IMG/VR virus record: IMGVR_UViG_3300025894_000001 | DNA from: a virus | Direction: 5' to 3' (one strand) | Length of the DNA stretch: 36,240 bases | Shown here: positions 1 to 11,200 of the stretch, piece by piece | How positions within the stretch are numbered: position 1 is the stretch's first letter | Layout: each line of letters starts with the position of its first letter | Notes under the pieces: generated by a model | Databases searched by the model: none | Told to the model about the DNA's origin: nothing | The model's input: only the letters and a program-made list of their open reading frames with translations | Made by a program: the position numbers and the translations under genes

Positions 1-99
1 CGCTTTGCCGGCGGGTCAAAAAATTACCGAGGCGGGAACTGCCGGTATGACTTTGGCAAAGATCCTTGAAGCGAAACGAATCCTTGATGCAGCTGAAGT
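1..99 (+). repeat. Terminal overlap, identical to 36142..36240
   Basis: Direct comparison of the first and last lines of the sequence shows 99/99 identity. The repeat lies inside the capsid ORF. Confidence 0.95.
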
Positions 100-457
100 T
101 GAAAACGAAGATCGATTCTTTGTTCTCGGTTCGCAGCAGCTCGAAGATTTGCTAAATGTAACTGAAATAAAAAGTGCCGACTATAATTCTGTGAAAGCAT
201 TAGTAGAAGGCCAAATTGATAGTTATTTAGGCTTTAAATTTATTCGCTCCGAGCGTCTGTCAATTGCTTCCAGCAAACGGAAGTGCATTGCGTTCCAAAA
301 ATCTGGTTTAGGTCTTGGCGTAGGCAAAGACATGACAACCAAAATCGATGAGCGTCCAGACAAGAGTTACGGTTGGCAAGTTTATATGGCTTGGTCAATG
401 TGTTCGACTCGCGTTGAAGACGCACGTGTTGTGGAAGTTCAAGCCCACGAAGCTTAA
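1..457 (+). CDS. Major capsid protein, C-terminal part (continues from 35744..36240 across the junction)
   Basis: The ORF at 5..457 is in the same frame as 35744.. once position 36142 is mapped to position 1. The joined product is 284 aa. It lies after the scaffold gene and is followed by a terminator. Confidence 0.8.
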   Translation, partial: ALPAGQKITEAGTAGMTLAKILEAKRILDAAEVENEDRFFVLGSQQLEDLLNVTEIKSADYNSVKALVEGQIDSYLGFKFIRSERLSIASSKRKCIAFQKSGLGLGVGKDMTTKIDERPDKSYGWQVYMAWSMCSTRVEDARVVEVQAHEA

Positions 458-474
458 CTTCTCTCTCGGGGATT

Positions 475-497
475 GGCGGCCTTCGGGCCGCCTTTTT
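475..497 (+). terminator. Rho-independent terminator after the capsid gene
   Basis: The stem is GGCGGCC/GGCCGCC with a TTCG loop, followed by TTTTT. Confidence 0.8.
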
Positions 498-516
498 CTC
501 TTACTGATAGGAAATC

Positions 517-1131
517 ATGGCATTTTCAAAGCTATCAATTATTAATGATGCGTTGACCCTTTTGGGAACAAACCGGATTACATCTTTGGCTGACGGCAGT
601 ACGGAGTCGGCTGTAATGAATCAGATCTTTGATGGCGTTCAAGATTCGGTCGCTAGATCGTTTGCTTGGAATTGCCTGACAAATAGGACTGAGCTTGCGA
701 GGGAAGTATCGACCCCGGCTTACGGTTTTGATTTTCAATATGCGTTACCGACCGACCCCTACTGCATCCGAGTGTTGGAGATGAATGAAACCAACAACAC
801 GGATAAATGGAAAGTAGAAGGCCGAAAAATTCTCTCAAATGCTTCGACTTGTAAAATTAAGTTTATTGGTCGACCTGATTCTTTAGGTGATATTGATTCC
901 CTTTTGGCGCAAGCAATCACCGCAAGGCTTGCTGCAGATGCAGCTTACACCCTTGTTCAATCCAATAATGTCACGCAGCTCATGTGGCAGCTCTATTCTC
1001 AAAAACTCGCCGAAGCTCAATCGATTGATCAGATTGAATCCTCTCGCGATCACTTTATTTCAACGAGACTTGAAGATGCTAGATCCGGTTTAGGATCTGA
1101 CACAACACGTTTCGGAAAGGCTTGGTGGTAA
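517..1131 (+). CDS. Virion protein, likely head-tail adaptor (T7 gp11-like position)
   Basis: The 204-aa ORF lies immediately after the capsid gene and abuts the next gene. The function is assigned from position and size only. Confidence 0.5.
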   Translation: MAFSKLSIINDALTLLGTNRITSLADGSTESAVMNQIFDGVQDSVARSFAWNCLTNRTELAREVSTPAYGFDFQYALPTDPYCIRVLEMNETNNTDKWKVEGRKILSNASTCKIKFIGRPDSLGDIDSLLAQAITARLAADAAYTLVQSNNVTQLMWQLYSQKLAEAQSIDQIESSRDHFISTRLEDARSGLGSDTTRFGKAWW

Positions 1132-2820
1132 ATGGCGCGCACTAACGCGATCCAAACAAACTTTCTGAGTGGTGAGTTAAGTCCAATCCTTTTTGGCAGA
1201 GTGGACACCGACCGTTACACAAGCGGCGTGGAAACTTGCGAAAATTTTATTATCAAATTGCATGGTGGTGTTGAACGTCGAGGTGGGACGCACTACGTTG
1301 CCGCCGTAAAAGACTCAACAAAAAAAGCCAGGTTGATAAGGTTTGAATTTAATCGCGCTCAATCTTACGTTTTAGAATTCGGCGAAAGCTACATTCGATT
1401 TTTTACACAGAACGGTCAAGTCGTTTCGGGAGGCAGTGCTTATGAAATCAGTTCGCCGTACACGGAAGCGCAGCTCGACGAGATTCAAGTCGCGCAATCA
1501 GCCGACACCATGTACATCGTTCACCCCGATGTCGCGCCGCGAAAACTGGTTAGAACATCGAACACAAGTTGGGCGCTAACTGCGCCTTCTTTCACAGCTC
1601 CGAAATGGGATGCCACTGACAAGTATCCGCGATCAGTTACTTTTCATCAGCAGCGTCTTTGGTTTGGCGGTACTGAAGGAAAACCGCAAACAATCTTTGC
1701 TTCAAAGTCAGATGATTTTGAAAACTTTACGCTTGGCGTAAATGATGATGATGCACTCGAGTATCAGATCGCATCGTACAAAGTTAATACCGTCGAATGG
1801 ATGTCATCAACCGAAGTGCTACTGGTTGGAACAAGTGGCGGTGAATTTAAGGTTACTGGCGGCAATGCGCCTTTAACACCATCTAACGTTCAAGTAACTC
1901 GACAAACCTCTTATGGTGGCAAGAACATACAGCCGCGACATATCGGCTATCAAACCTTATTCGTGCAAGGCACCGGGAGATCGATTCGATCTTACGAATA
2001 TTCTTGGACAAATGATTCATATGATTCTGAAGATCTGACGTTTCTTGCAAATCACATTGGCGATGAAGGCATCAAGCAGATGGCCTATCAAATGGCACCC
2101 GATTCAATTTTGTGGTGCGTTCTTGATAACGGTGTTCTGGCAGGAATGACTTACGACAAAAACCGGAGCATTGTGGGATGGCATCGTCACACGACTGATG
2201 GCACTTTTGAATCGTTAGCGGTTATTCCGCAAAGCACCGTTGATCAGGTTTGGGTGATCTCAAAAAGAACAATCGGCGGCGTAACCAAACGCTACGTCGA
2301 ATATCTCGACCCCGACCTACACGTTGACTCAGCTTTGACCTACAGCGGTAGTGCGATCACCGGCATTACGTCAGGCGGTCTCGCGCACCTCGAAGGTAAG
2401 ACGGTAAGCATTCTGGGCGATGATGCAGTGGTGCCGAACGCAACGGTCAGCAGCGGCAACGTTTCATTCGGTGGCGCATCTGTCACAAAAGCCGATATTG
2501 GTCTTCCTTTTACTAGCACGTTAAAGACGCTCGCAGTCGAAGGTGGTAATCCTGCCGGAACAGCGCAGGGTCTACAAAAAAGATGGAATGAAATCTATGT
2601 GCGATTGCACGATTCATTTTTTCCAAAGATTAATGGGATTCGACCACCGGTCAGATCACCCGCGACAGGCATGGGAACAGCTGAACCAAAAACAACCGGC
2701 GATGTCCGGGTTAGAAATGAAGGAGTTGATTTGGACGGACAAGTGACGATTACGCAAGATCTTCCCGGCCCGACTCACTTGCTGTCGATCTTTGGCACTC
2801 TTTCAGTGAACGGAGGTTAG
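1132..2820 (+). CDS. Virion protein, likely tail tubular B / nozzle (T7 gp12-like position)
   Basis: The 562-aa ORF starts 1 nt after the previous stop. The N-terminus NFLSGELSPILFGRVDTDRY..RRGG resembles podovirus nozzle proteins as I recall them. Confidence 0.55.
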   Translation: MARTNAIQTNFLSGELSPILFGRVDTDRYTSGVETCENFIIKLHGGVERRGGTHYVAAVKDSTKKARLIRFEFNRAQSYVLEFGESYIRFFTQNGQVVSGGSAYEISSPYTEAQLDEIQVAQSADTMYIVHPDVAPRKLVRTSNTSWALTAPSFTAPKWDATDKYPRSVTFHQQRLWFGGTEGKPQTIFASKSDDFENFTLGVNDDDALEYQIASYKVNTVEWMSSTEVLLVGTSGGEFKVTGGNAPLTPSNVQVTRQTSYGGKNIQPRHIGYQTLFVQGTGRSIRSYEYSWTNDSYDSEDLTFLANHIGDEGIKQMAYQMAPDSILWCVLDNGVLAGMTYDKNRSIVGWHRHTTDGTFESLAVIPQSTVDQVWVISKRTIGGVTKRYVEYLDPDLHVDSALTYSGSAITGITSGGLAHLEGKTVSILGDDAVVPNATVSSGNVSFGGASVTKADIGLPFTSTLKTLAVEGGNPAGTAQGLQKRWNEIYVRLHDSFFPKINGIRPPVRSPATGMGTAEPKTTGDVRVRNEGVDLDGQVTITQDLPGPTHLLSIFGTLSVNGG

Positions 2821-2822
2821 GA

Positions 2823-3689
2823 ATGGCAATTGATCCGGCAACAGCTTACGTTGTCACGACTGCTGTTTCCGCTTTTTTGGGAAATTCAGCAGCCGACGAT
2901 GCAGCTGAACGTGCAATTGAAATTGGAACCGCTAACGCAGAAGATTTAAGAACAATTTCAGTCGCTAACGCTGATGAAGTTGTAAAAGTTGCCGGTCTTA
3001 ATGCCGATGCAATTCTTGCGACGGCGAGCCTTAACGCTGACAGCACATTAAAAATTGCAGAAACGAACTCTCTAGCGTTCCTGACTTCAGCTCGAGAAAA
3101 CATTGATTTAGCCGCAACTGAAAATGTTGAGGTCTTGCGGCGCCACGTTCTTCAGGAAAATGCACTTAGTGGATCGATTCGCGCAGCTGCCGGTGCAAGC
3201 GGTGTTCGTATCGGGGCCGGTTCCCCATTGGAAGTTCTTATCGATGCCGTCGAGCAGGGATATGGTGAGCGTCAATATATGGCGAACTATGCCAAGAAGC
3301 GCATTCAGATGATGGGAAATGAAAGTATTCGAAGAGCATCAATCACCATGATGGATGCCGAGGAAAGAGCAAAGGTGCTTATGGAAACTGCTTCAATGCA
3401 AGCAATGATTACTCGAGAAGAGGGCGCGTCATCAGCTCGAATAATGCTGAACGATGCGGAAGCTAACGCAAGATCAATGGAGCGTGGCGGTGCAGCTTAT
3501 GCCTCAAGCTTGCGAGCCGGCGGTACAGCGACATTGATTAATGGGTTAATGAACGCCGGAAACGCTTATCTTCAGTATGGCTCTCCGAGCGCCGCTTCGC
3601 CGACTGCTTCTTCGCCGGCCTTTATTGGGCCGACAGTTGGCACCTCCGGCGGATATACAGGCGGGTTTTCAGCGGGGTATTCGGGATAA
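2823..3689 (+). CDS. Internal virion protein (gp13/14-like slot)
   Basis: The 288-aa product is Ala-rich and helical, with a Gly/Ser-rich C-terminus. Its stop overlaps the next start as TAATG. Confidence 0.5.
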   Translation: MAIDPATAYVVTTAVSAFLGNSAADDAAERAIEIGTANAEDLRTISVANADEVVKVAGLNADAILATASLNADSTLKIAETNSLAFLTSARENIDLAATENVEVLRRHVLQENALSGSIRAAAGASGVRIGAGSPLEVLIDAVEQGYGERQYMANYAKKRIQMMGNESIRRASITMMDAEERAKVLMETASMQAMITREEGASSARIMLNDAEANARSMERGGAAYASSLRAGGTATLINGLMNAGNAYLQYGSPSAASPTASSPAFIGPTVGTSGGYTGGFSAGYSG

Positions 3690-5575
3690 TGAGAATGCCA
3701 CGTTTTCAATATTCGAGCAGTCCTTCAATGTCGGGCGCCTATTCAAGCCCGGTGTTACGAAGCGCGCCTACGTTACGCACTCCGGCATTACGAAACACAT
3801 CCAAATATTTGCGAGATCCTAGAGCCGGACAGCGCAATATGCAGCTCGAGGTTCAAGCTGAACTGGACAAAGCAAAACCATTTCAAGCTTTAGTCGCCGG
3901 GGCGGGTGAGATTGCCGAGACCTTTTTAAAGGCAGACATGAAAAGCAAGTTGACCGAAGCTGAACTCAATCTTCGGATTACGACTGAAGGATTGCTTGCC
4001 AACATGAAATCCATGCCGGTTGGTGCAGCTTCAACAACGATTGATGGCAAAACAGGCCAACCAGATACGAATTATCGTGCGGTTCACGAAACATCACTTG
4101 CAAGCTTTACCGATGAGTTTTCTCGCCACAGAGAAAAGTTATCCAAAACACTACCTCGGGCAGCAAAAGACCAATTTCTCGCCGGTACAGCTGCATATGT
4201 CGCATCAGCTGAAGCTCAAGCTCAAGCGATCAATCGAAAGCAGCACGTTGCCTATTTGCAAGGCACAGTTTTTAGTAATTTGAGAAAAGCTGAGACTCTT
4301 GCCGAAATCGATATTATTGCCGGCGGTGCTGATGCGAGATTGGTTTACGCGCAAGATGATTTATTGAAGTTAGTAGACGCTCGAAAACGCGAGTTAGCCA
4401 ATGACTACTTTGCGACCACAGTCATCGCAGAAAACACGCAGCTCGGATTAGAGAATCTTGAAAACGTTTTTGCAAATAACAATAGAGAATCTCAGCTTGA
4501 TGATGAAAACGGCGATACGATCCCAATGACAGGCGCTCAAATGAGACAGTTTGAATTTATGGGTCATTTAACCGCAGATGACAAACTTGCGTTCGACACA
4601 AAGATTCAAGCCAAGATTAAACGCTTACAGGCTGAAGACGAGCTTAGAAAAGAATCTAATAAGAACTCAATAATGGGCGAGATTTATAACAATCCTGATC
4701 CAAACGTTTACACCTCTGACGCCTTCACCGCAGCTGCCGCAAGTGGCGAAATTAATTTTGAAGATATTCCTGATCTTGATGCGATAGTTAAAGCGCAAAT
4801 TGTCGCAAGATCGCAAGCTGCTCCTGCAACCGATGTTTCTCTTCAGAATCATATTTTGGACAATATCGGTGATTTTGCTTATCGAACTGAAAGGTTGATG
4901 ACGATGCCTTTGGATCCGAATTTTGCAAAAGAGGCGCTTGAGAAAAGACGAAGATTTGATCAGGGTATTCCAGATTGGAAAGATAAGAACAACCCTGCCG
5001 GTAATAAAGGAGCAAGAGCAAACAGAATTTTCGAAAATGCGTTTTATCGCAAAGATGGTGGTTTTATGGATGCAATCTCAATCTTTTCGCCAGATAGAGT
5101 TGAGCAGCTAAACGACCGTTACTTTATCGCCGCGAAAGAGTTAGATGAGTATGCAAACAACGAGATAGATCTCGCGATGGCTGACTCGGAATACACGTTC
5201 GATGAAGCGTTCGATAACATCTATTTGAAAGCCGAGCAGTTAGCGGAAAAAGAACGTCAATATTCTCAAACCGTTAAACAAGAAAAAGGCGCATTTGATC
5301 TAGCGAAAGATGCCGGCTTCACTGGAAGCACAGGCCAATTTTCTCAATATAACACTTGGTCAAGAAACAATAATCAGTTTACTTTCGACGATGTTCTGCA
5401 AATGGATCCCGGCCCGGCTCGAACTGAAAAAGCAAAAACATTGCAAAGTTTTGGTTGGACTTTTGATGCAAAGTTTTTCGAGGAAAAGCTAGAAACTCAA
5501 ACAGCAGAGGAAAAGTTAAGCACCGTTGAAAAGATTTGGAATGCGGTGAACCCTTTTGCTCCAGAGGATGAATAG
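3689..5575 (+). CDS. Internal virion / ejection protein (gp15-like slot)
   Basis: The 628-aa product looks coiled-coil rich. The call rests on synteny between nozzle and fibre genes. Confidence 0.5.
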   Translation: MRMPRFQYSSSPSMSGAYSSPVLRSAPTLRTPALRNTSKYLRDPRAGQRNMQLEVQAELDKAKPFQALVAGAGEIAETFLKADMKSKLTEAELNLRITTEGLLANMKSMPVGAASTTIDGKTGQPDTNYRAVHETSLASFTDEFSRHREKLSKTLPRAAKDQFLAGTAAYVASAEAQAQAINRKQHVAYLQGTVFSNLRKAETLAEIDIIAGGADARLVYAQDDLLKLVDARKRELANDYFATTVIAENTQLGLENLENVFANNNRESQLDDENGDTIPMTGAQMRQFEFMGHLTADDKLAFDTKIQAKIKRLQAEDELRKESNKNSIMGEIYNNPDPNVYTSDAFTAAAASGEINFEDIPDLDAIVKAQIVARSQAAPATDVSLQNHILDNIGDFAYRTERLMTMPLDPNFAKEALEKRRRFDQGIPDWKDKNNPAGNKGARANRIFENAFYRKDGGFMDAISIFSPDRVEQLNDRYFIAAKELDEYANNEIDLAMADSEYTFDEAFDNIYLKAEQLAEKERQYSQTVKQEKGAFDLAKDAGFTGSTGQFSQYNTWSRNNNQFTFDDVLQMDPGPARTEKAKTLQSFGWTFDAKFFEEKLETQTAEEKLSTVEKIWNAVNPFAPEDE

Positions 5576-8299
5576 ATGAGTAATTGGACGCCACCAATGC
5601 TCACCGATCAGCAAATCAACGAACGGTTTGAAGCGCAAACAGAAGCTGAAAATCAATCAATGAGAGATTGGATTAACACGACCAACGACGAGAATTTCAA
5701 TACAACAGAAGATGATCTTCGCCAAAATCCACAGTGGATTCTCGCCAGTAGGGTTTTATACAACCAAAACAACGGCAAGAAGTTCTCTGGAACTGATCAA
5801 GAAGCAGCCGACTATGGCCTCGATCAAATGGGTGCATTCAATTACTCATTCTTTAATATGGATGCGCCGTGGGCTGAAGAAGATACAGTCGGTATGGTTG
5901 GCTACCTTTCAAGGATTCAAGAGTTTGATGATCGCGGCAAGCTTGCCTTCTTGCTGTTGATGAACACCTACGACGAGAAAGATGTCACTTGGGAAGGTGT
6001 CAAAAGAGGTTTTTCAAATGTTTTCCAAGATCCTACGACTTATGGCGGTATTACTACGCTCGCCAGTCTCGGCGCGAAATTTTCGGGACGGTCAGCTGTC
6101 AAAAGCGGAGTGAAGGCTTGGCTTGAACACGCAGCGCATGGCACTTTTTCCCGAACAGGCATGGCGATTGGCGCCTTTGAGGGTGGAAGCTATACCGCAG
6201 CCGATCAAGTTTATCGCGAAAGAATAGACGCAGAGCTTGGGGATCGAGAGGCTTTTAGCGATCTATCAGGGTGGCTATTGGAATCTGCACCTACAATCGT
6301 TTTGGGAACAACTATCGGCGCAGCTATCCCCGCAGCGGGAATGGCAGTCAATCGGCTTCGACCTCGACCCGATATTCCGGTTCCTGATCGACCTGATCTT
6401 ATTGTTGAGGAAGTAAACAAAAACGGCAAACTTCAACGAAATGTTCGAGTTGATGAAGCTGCATTTGATGTTGACGCAGAAAATTTTAACTTTCCTGATC
6501 TAGCACCAACTCTTGCTGACAATCACAGACTTATTGCACAAGACAGTCAGGCCCGAAATAAGAAAGGCTTTGGCGAGCAAAGCGAATTCTTCAATCCAAC
6601 ATTTGGGCATGAAGGGCGCCCGGTCTATAAGGCGATTCGAACTCAATCGCACAACCGGATTATTAACAAGGCTATCGAAAAATCTGGCGACAGCATTCCC
6701 GCTGAAGGTGAGAAAAAGGTCGCTGTCTTTTTAGGCGGCGGCAGCGGTGCCGGCAAAACAACTGGCTTTAAATCGGGAATTGAAAGCGGCGCAATCCCAG
6801 ATCGCCAATATGTGAACATCAACCCAGACGATATAAAAGAACAGCTTTCAGATTACAAGACAATCAAGCGCGAAGGAGACTATCGGGCAGCTATGCAAAC
6901 CCACGAAGAGTCTTCAGACGTTGGGGATCTTTTGCTTGAGCGCGCTGTAAATGACGGTCGAAACGTTTTGATTGACAAAACAATGGCAAATCCTGAGAAG
7001 AATTTGGCATTAATGGAGTTGTTGAGGTCAAAAGGCTACGAGATTCAGTTTATGGGGGTCTCAGTTGACGCAGGAACAGCTGCAATGCGTAACCTAGGGC
7101 GATTCTATAACTCAGGTCGCATCCCTTTCCTACAGGCAATTGGGAGGACTCATAAGGGATTTAACGCAAATACCCGAGCCTATCTTGAAGCTGCAGATCA
7201 AGGCGTCATTATGGATAATTCCGGCGGGTCTTTAGTGATTGCAGCGCGAAAAGGTGAAGACGGCTCAGTCGAAGTATGGGATCCGATGGTCTATAATATG
7301 ATCTTAGAAAGAGGTAACTTAAATGAAGAAGCAAAAACAATCCGAGAACTTCGTGGATCCTCGGTCACGAATGATAACCCCGGAGATTATGGCGAAAGCC
7401 CGCAAGGAAGTGGAAGCGGAGGAGCGCAAACGGAAGGGGCCGCCAGTGGTCTTTCTCCCGAACGACTAAGAGAGCAGCGAGCTGCTGACCTTGGTTTCAG
7501 TGATGAAACCTTCTTTCACGGATCGACTCGGGATTTCACTGAATTTAGCGATAAATTTGGCAATCCCGACAATCACTACGGTCTCGGTCATTACTTTACA
7601 ACGAGCCTCGAAGACGCATCCGACAACTACAGTGGCAGTGGCCCTGATTTAAACATCAGGCTCGAGACTGTCGCGGAAAGTGCCTTCCCCGATCTTGAAG
7701 GTAAAGACGGAATCGATGCAGCTAGAAAGCTGCTTGGCGTCGAAAATGACGGTGTTGTTTACCCAGTTAAGCTTCGCACAGATAAGGTTGTGCGCGTTGG
7801 CGATGATGATGCTTACACTCTTGATGGCGAAAGAGAAACTTTCTGGGAATTAGATCCTTCTGATCCAGATGAAGAAATCTTTGACCCATCCGGGGAGTTT
7901 ATGGATGTTCTTGAAGCAACCATCGAAGCTGCTGACCAGTGGGGCGTTCCAGATACTAATGAGCTGCAGGGAAAACTTTTAGAAGCAGCTATGGATCAGG
8001 AAGGCATGGGCGCTTCTGAGTTTGAAAAAATCTTGCGAGACCATATGGCAAACCTTGGTGCAGACGCATCCCCCGGAACAGTTGTTTCTCAGGTTTACCA
8101 TGATCTTGGATATGACGCTATAGATATGGACGCCGGCGTGTTTAAAAACATGGACGGTGTAGAAGGGCAGCGACACTTCATAATTTTTGATCCAACCAGA
8201 ATAAGATCTATCCACGCCGAGTTTGATAAAAACAAAATCGACAGCGCAAACATTTTATCGAGTGTAGATAATGGCAATCGAAAACGCAGATATTCTTAA
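5576..8299 (+). CDS. Large polyvalent virion protein with a hydrophobic N-terminal region, a zeta-toxin-like P-loop kinase segment and a possible ART-like C-terminal domain
   Basis: The Walker A motif GGGSGAGKT lies at 6734..6760. It is followed by NINPDDIK, THEESSDV, NVLIDKT, GYEIQFMGVSVD and RFYNSGRIP. The C-terminal part carries FFHGSTRDFTEF, GLGHYFTTS and HFIIFDPTRIRS. Confidence 0.6.
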   Translation: MSNWTPPMLTDQQINERFEAQTEAENQSMRDWINTTNDENFNTTEDDLRQNPQWILASRVLYNQNNGKKFSGTDQEAADYGLDQMGAFNYSFFNMDAPWAEEDTVGMVGYLSRIQEFDDRGKLAFLLLMNTYDEKDVTWEGVKRGFSNVFQDPTTYGGITTLASLGAKFSGRSAVKSGVKAWLEHAAHGTFSRTGMAIGAFEGGSYTAADQVYRERIDAELGDREAFSDLSGWLLESAPTIVLGTTIGAAIPAAGMAVNRLRPRPDIPVPDRPDLIVEEVNKNGKLQRNVRVDEAAFDVDAENFNFPDLAPTLADNHRLIAQDSQARNKKGFGEQSEFFNPTFGHEGRPVYKAIRTQSHNRIINKAIEKSGDSIPAEGEKKVAVFLGGGSGAGKTTGFKSGIESGAIPDRQYVNINPDDIKEQLSDYKTIKREGDYRAAMQTHEESSDVGDLLLERAVNDGRNVLIDKTMANPEKNLALMELLRSKGYEIQFMGVSVDAGTAAMRNLGRFYNSGRIPFLQAIGRTHKGFNANTRAYLEAADQGVIMDNSGGSLVIAARKGEDGSVEVWDPMVYNMILERGNLNEEAKTIRELRGSSVTNDNPGDYGESPQGSGSGGAQTEGAASGLSPERLREQRAADLGFSDETFFHGSTRDFTEFSDKFGNPDNHYGLGHYFTTSLEDASDNYSGSGPDLNIRLETVAESAFPDLEGKDGIDAARKLLGVENDGVVYPVKLRTDKVVRVGDDDAYTLDGERETFWELDPSDPDEEIFDPSGEFMDVLEATIEAADQWGVPDTNELQGKLLEAAMDQEGMGASEFEKILRDHMANLGADASPGTVVSQVYHDLGYDAIDMDAGVFKNMDGVEGQRHFIIFDPTRIRSIHAEFDKNKIDSANILSSVDNGNRKRRYS

Positions 8300-11200
8300 T
8301 AAAGAAATCCCGCAAACTTCCACTGAAACCCCGGCACCCGCCGGGGTTTCTGCTTCTGGGGAGCTTGAAATTGATTCTTGGATGGATCAACCCTTCGGAG
8401 ATTCAGAAGAAGATCAGGTTTTAGTCGCCGGTCTGGGAAATGTAGCTCGCGCTATTGCGCGCCCGATCACTACAGCCATTGGGATTGGCAAGGCAAATAT
8501 GGGGGATGCGGTTCCCGAAAATCTCCGATTTAAAAATTTACCCAAAACCGAAGATGACTTTTTCATCAAGGTTGATGTTAATGAAGCGATAGACCGACCG
8601 ATTCGAGTTGATGGTGAAAAGCTCGACACTCCAGAGCTACGCCAAGACAAGATTGATGAGCTTGACTCCCTTCTTAGCCAAGCAGATTACCAAGACTTTG
8701 ACACAACGAAATCTTGGCAGCTAAACCCCCAGAACATAACTTCGGCTGAAGATTTTAATAAAGCTCAAATGGCGATTGCAAAACGCTATCGCGTCGAGAT
8801 AGATAAACAGCGGCGTGGAGTCGTGACCGAAGAAGAGCAGCTCAAGCTTGCTAGGGTTTTTTCCAACGATCCTGAGTTTGCGAAAAAATTTATGACCACT
8901 GGGCCGGGAACCGCGTTATCTGCTGAAGAGCTTAAAGCTGCGCGTTTCCTTGTTTTAAAGTCTGCCGAAAATCTAAAGGCTTCTGCGACTAATTTCAGAC
9001 GCCAAGCAACCGGTGATGATTTACCAGTTGCTGAACTAGAATTTTTGCGGAACTGGAACATTCACAAAGAGTTGGTTGTGAAATGGATGGGCGCCAGAGC
9101 TGAAGCCGGTCGCTCACTTCGTGCAATCTCCGGGCAATCTATCGGAGATATGAAAGATCTATCGCAAGCGCATATCGATGAGCTGACCCGACATTATGGG
9201 AGCGCCGCTGATGTTGCGCGCCTTGCTGATCAAGTTATGGCAGCTCAAGGATTGATTGGCGTCAATAAGACGGTTGCTGCCCAGAAGTCGGGCATAAGTA
9301 AATGGGGCGCGGCAATTGCCGAGAACATGACAGGATCAATTCTATCCGGCCTTTCTACTTTCGGCGTCAATTTTTTTGGCAACGGTTTGATGATCGGTCG
9401 ACACGCCACTCATCTTGCTGTCGCAGCTCGGTTAGGGCGTTGGACAATGGGAGATGCTGCTGTTGTCGAGAAGGGTGAAGCAATGGCTTATTTAATAGGT
9501 TCATTCGCATCTTTCAATCGAGCGCGCCAAGCTTTCGTCATTGCATTAAGAACCGGCGAGCCGTATGGCGGCACCGCGAAATTTGAAGGTGCAAAAGATA
9601 AAGCAATTTCTGCAACCTCTCTGGGCTACGACCCAAAGTCGGCTGCCGGCGCAGCGATCAACGTTTATGGTCATATCGCTCGCGCACCAATGGAGAGAAT
9701 TCTCGGCCCGACAGATGCGCTATATAAAGTAACGAACGAAGGTGGTCACTGGGCGCAGCTCGCGTACCGGCAAGCTGCTAAAGACGCAAGAGCTGAAGGG
9801 TTGAGTGCTGCCGAGCAAGATGTCCGGTTGCAGCAGTATATGGCAAACCCGGATCAAGATACGTTGTTAAGGATGAAAGAATTTGGTGAATACCAGACTT
9901 TCACAAACCCCCTCGGTGAATGGGGTCGTTCAACTCAGAAAATGCTAAATCAGTTCACACTCGGAAGATTGTTAGTTCCGGTTTTTAGAACTCCTGCACA
10001 GATATTTAAAATTGGATTTCTTGAAGATACGCCGCTTGGGTTTCTTTCACAATCGGTAAGAAAAGATTTATATCCAGAGCCGGAAATCGGCAAAGCGCAA
10101 TTGAGCAGTGAGCAGATGGAAAGAATGCAAATGGCTCAGTCTCGAATGACCGTTGGAACTATGACGGTCGCAACAATCGGGGTACTCGCAGCCAATGGAT
10201 ATGTAACAGGGTCGGGGCCGAAAGAATTTGGCGCTCGGGACGCAACGCGAGAGGTTGTTCCTCCCCGCTCTTTTGTGGTGGAGCGTGATGAGTATGGGAA
10301 TCCATCCAAATATATGTCTTTTGATCGGTTAGAGCCTTTCAGCTTGCAGATTGGATTGATGGCTGACTTTTATGAAATCTTACAAGCTTCACAACACATG
10401 GATTTGGATGAATCTCAGATGGAACAAATCATGGATGTTGGAGCTGCACTCACGTTAGGCGTCTATGAGAACACGATCAACAAGACTTATATGCGGGGAA
10501 TAAATGAAGCAATCAGCGCCACTCAAGATCCCGAACGATACCTAGAACGTTGGCAAGCTTCTTTCATTAACGCGCAATTGCCGCTGTCTGGAATCCGGCG
10601 AGATATTCGCAAAATGATTGATCCGATGATGCGAACAACTGAAACACTGTTAGAGCGTTTAAAGAATCAGCTTCCCTATTTTTCAAAAGACCTTCCCGCC
10701 TTAGTAGGGATTCACGGTGAATATATTCCTTATGACCACCTCATGAATCTACCGCTAAAGACTAAAGAGGTTTCAGATGATCCAACCTTCCAAGAGTATA
10801 ACCGTCTGTTTGAATCAACTCGGATTCCCCCGGTCACAAAAGGAACTGCAATTATTGGTGGGCATAAGTTAAATGCACAGCAGAAGCATGATTTCCAAAT
10901 CATTTCAAGAAATGGAATAAAGCTCGAGCTTGATGATCAGAACAATGTTATCGGCGCTTCTTTACCGTCTTATGACCCAAACGCAAATTGGAAGGAGCGA
11001 ATAAAGCCCAAAGGTAGCGGGGTGACCTTTGCAGGAGCTATTCAAAACTTAATGATCTCGGATCAGTACAACTCACCAATGGTGACGGACTATGCGCGAG
11101 TTGAGATGATCAAGAAGATCCAAAACGGATTTGATCGAGCAGCGCGAGAGTTTTTGAAAGCAGAAAACCCAGAAATTCTAGATGCTGTTCTTTTGATTCA

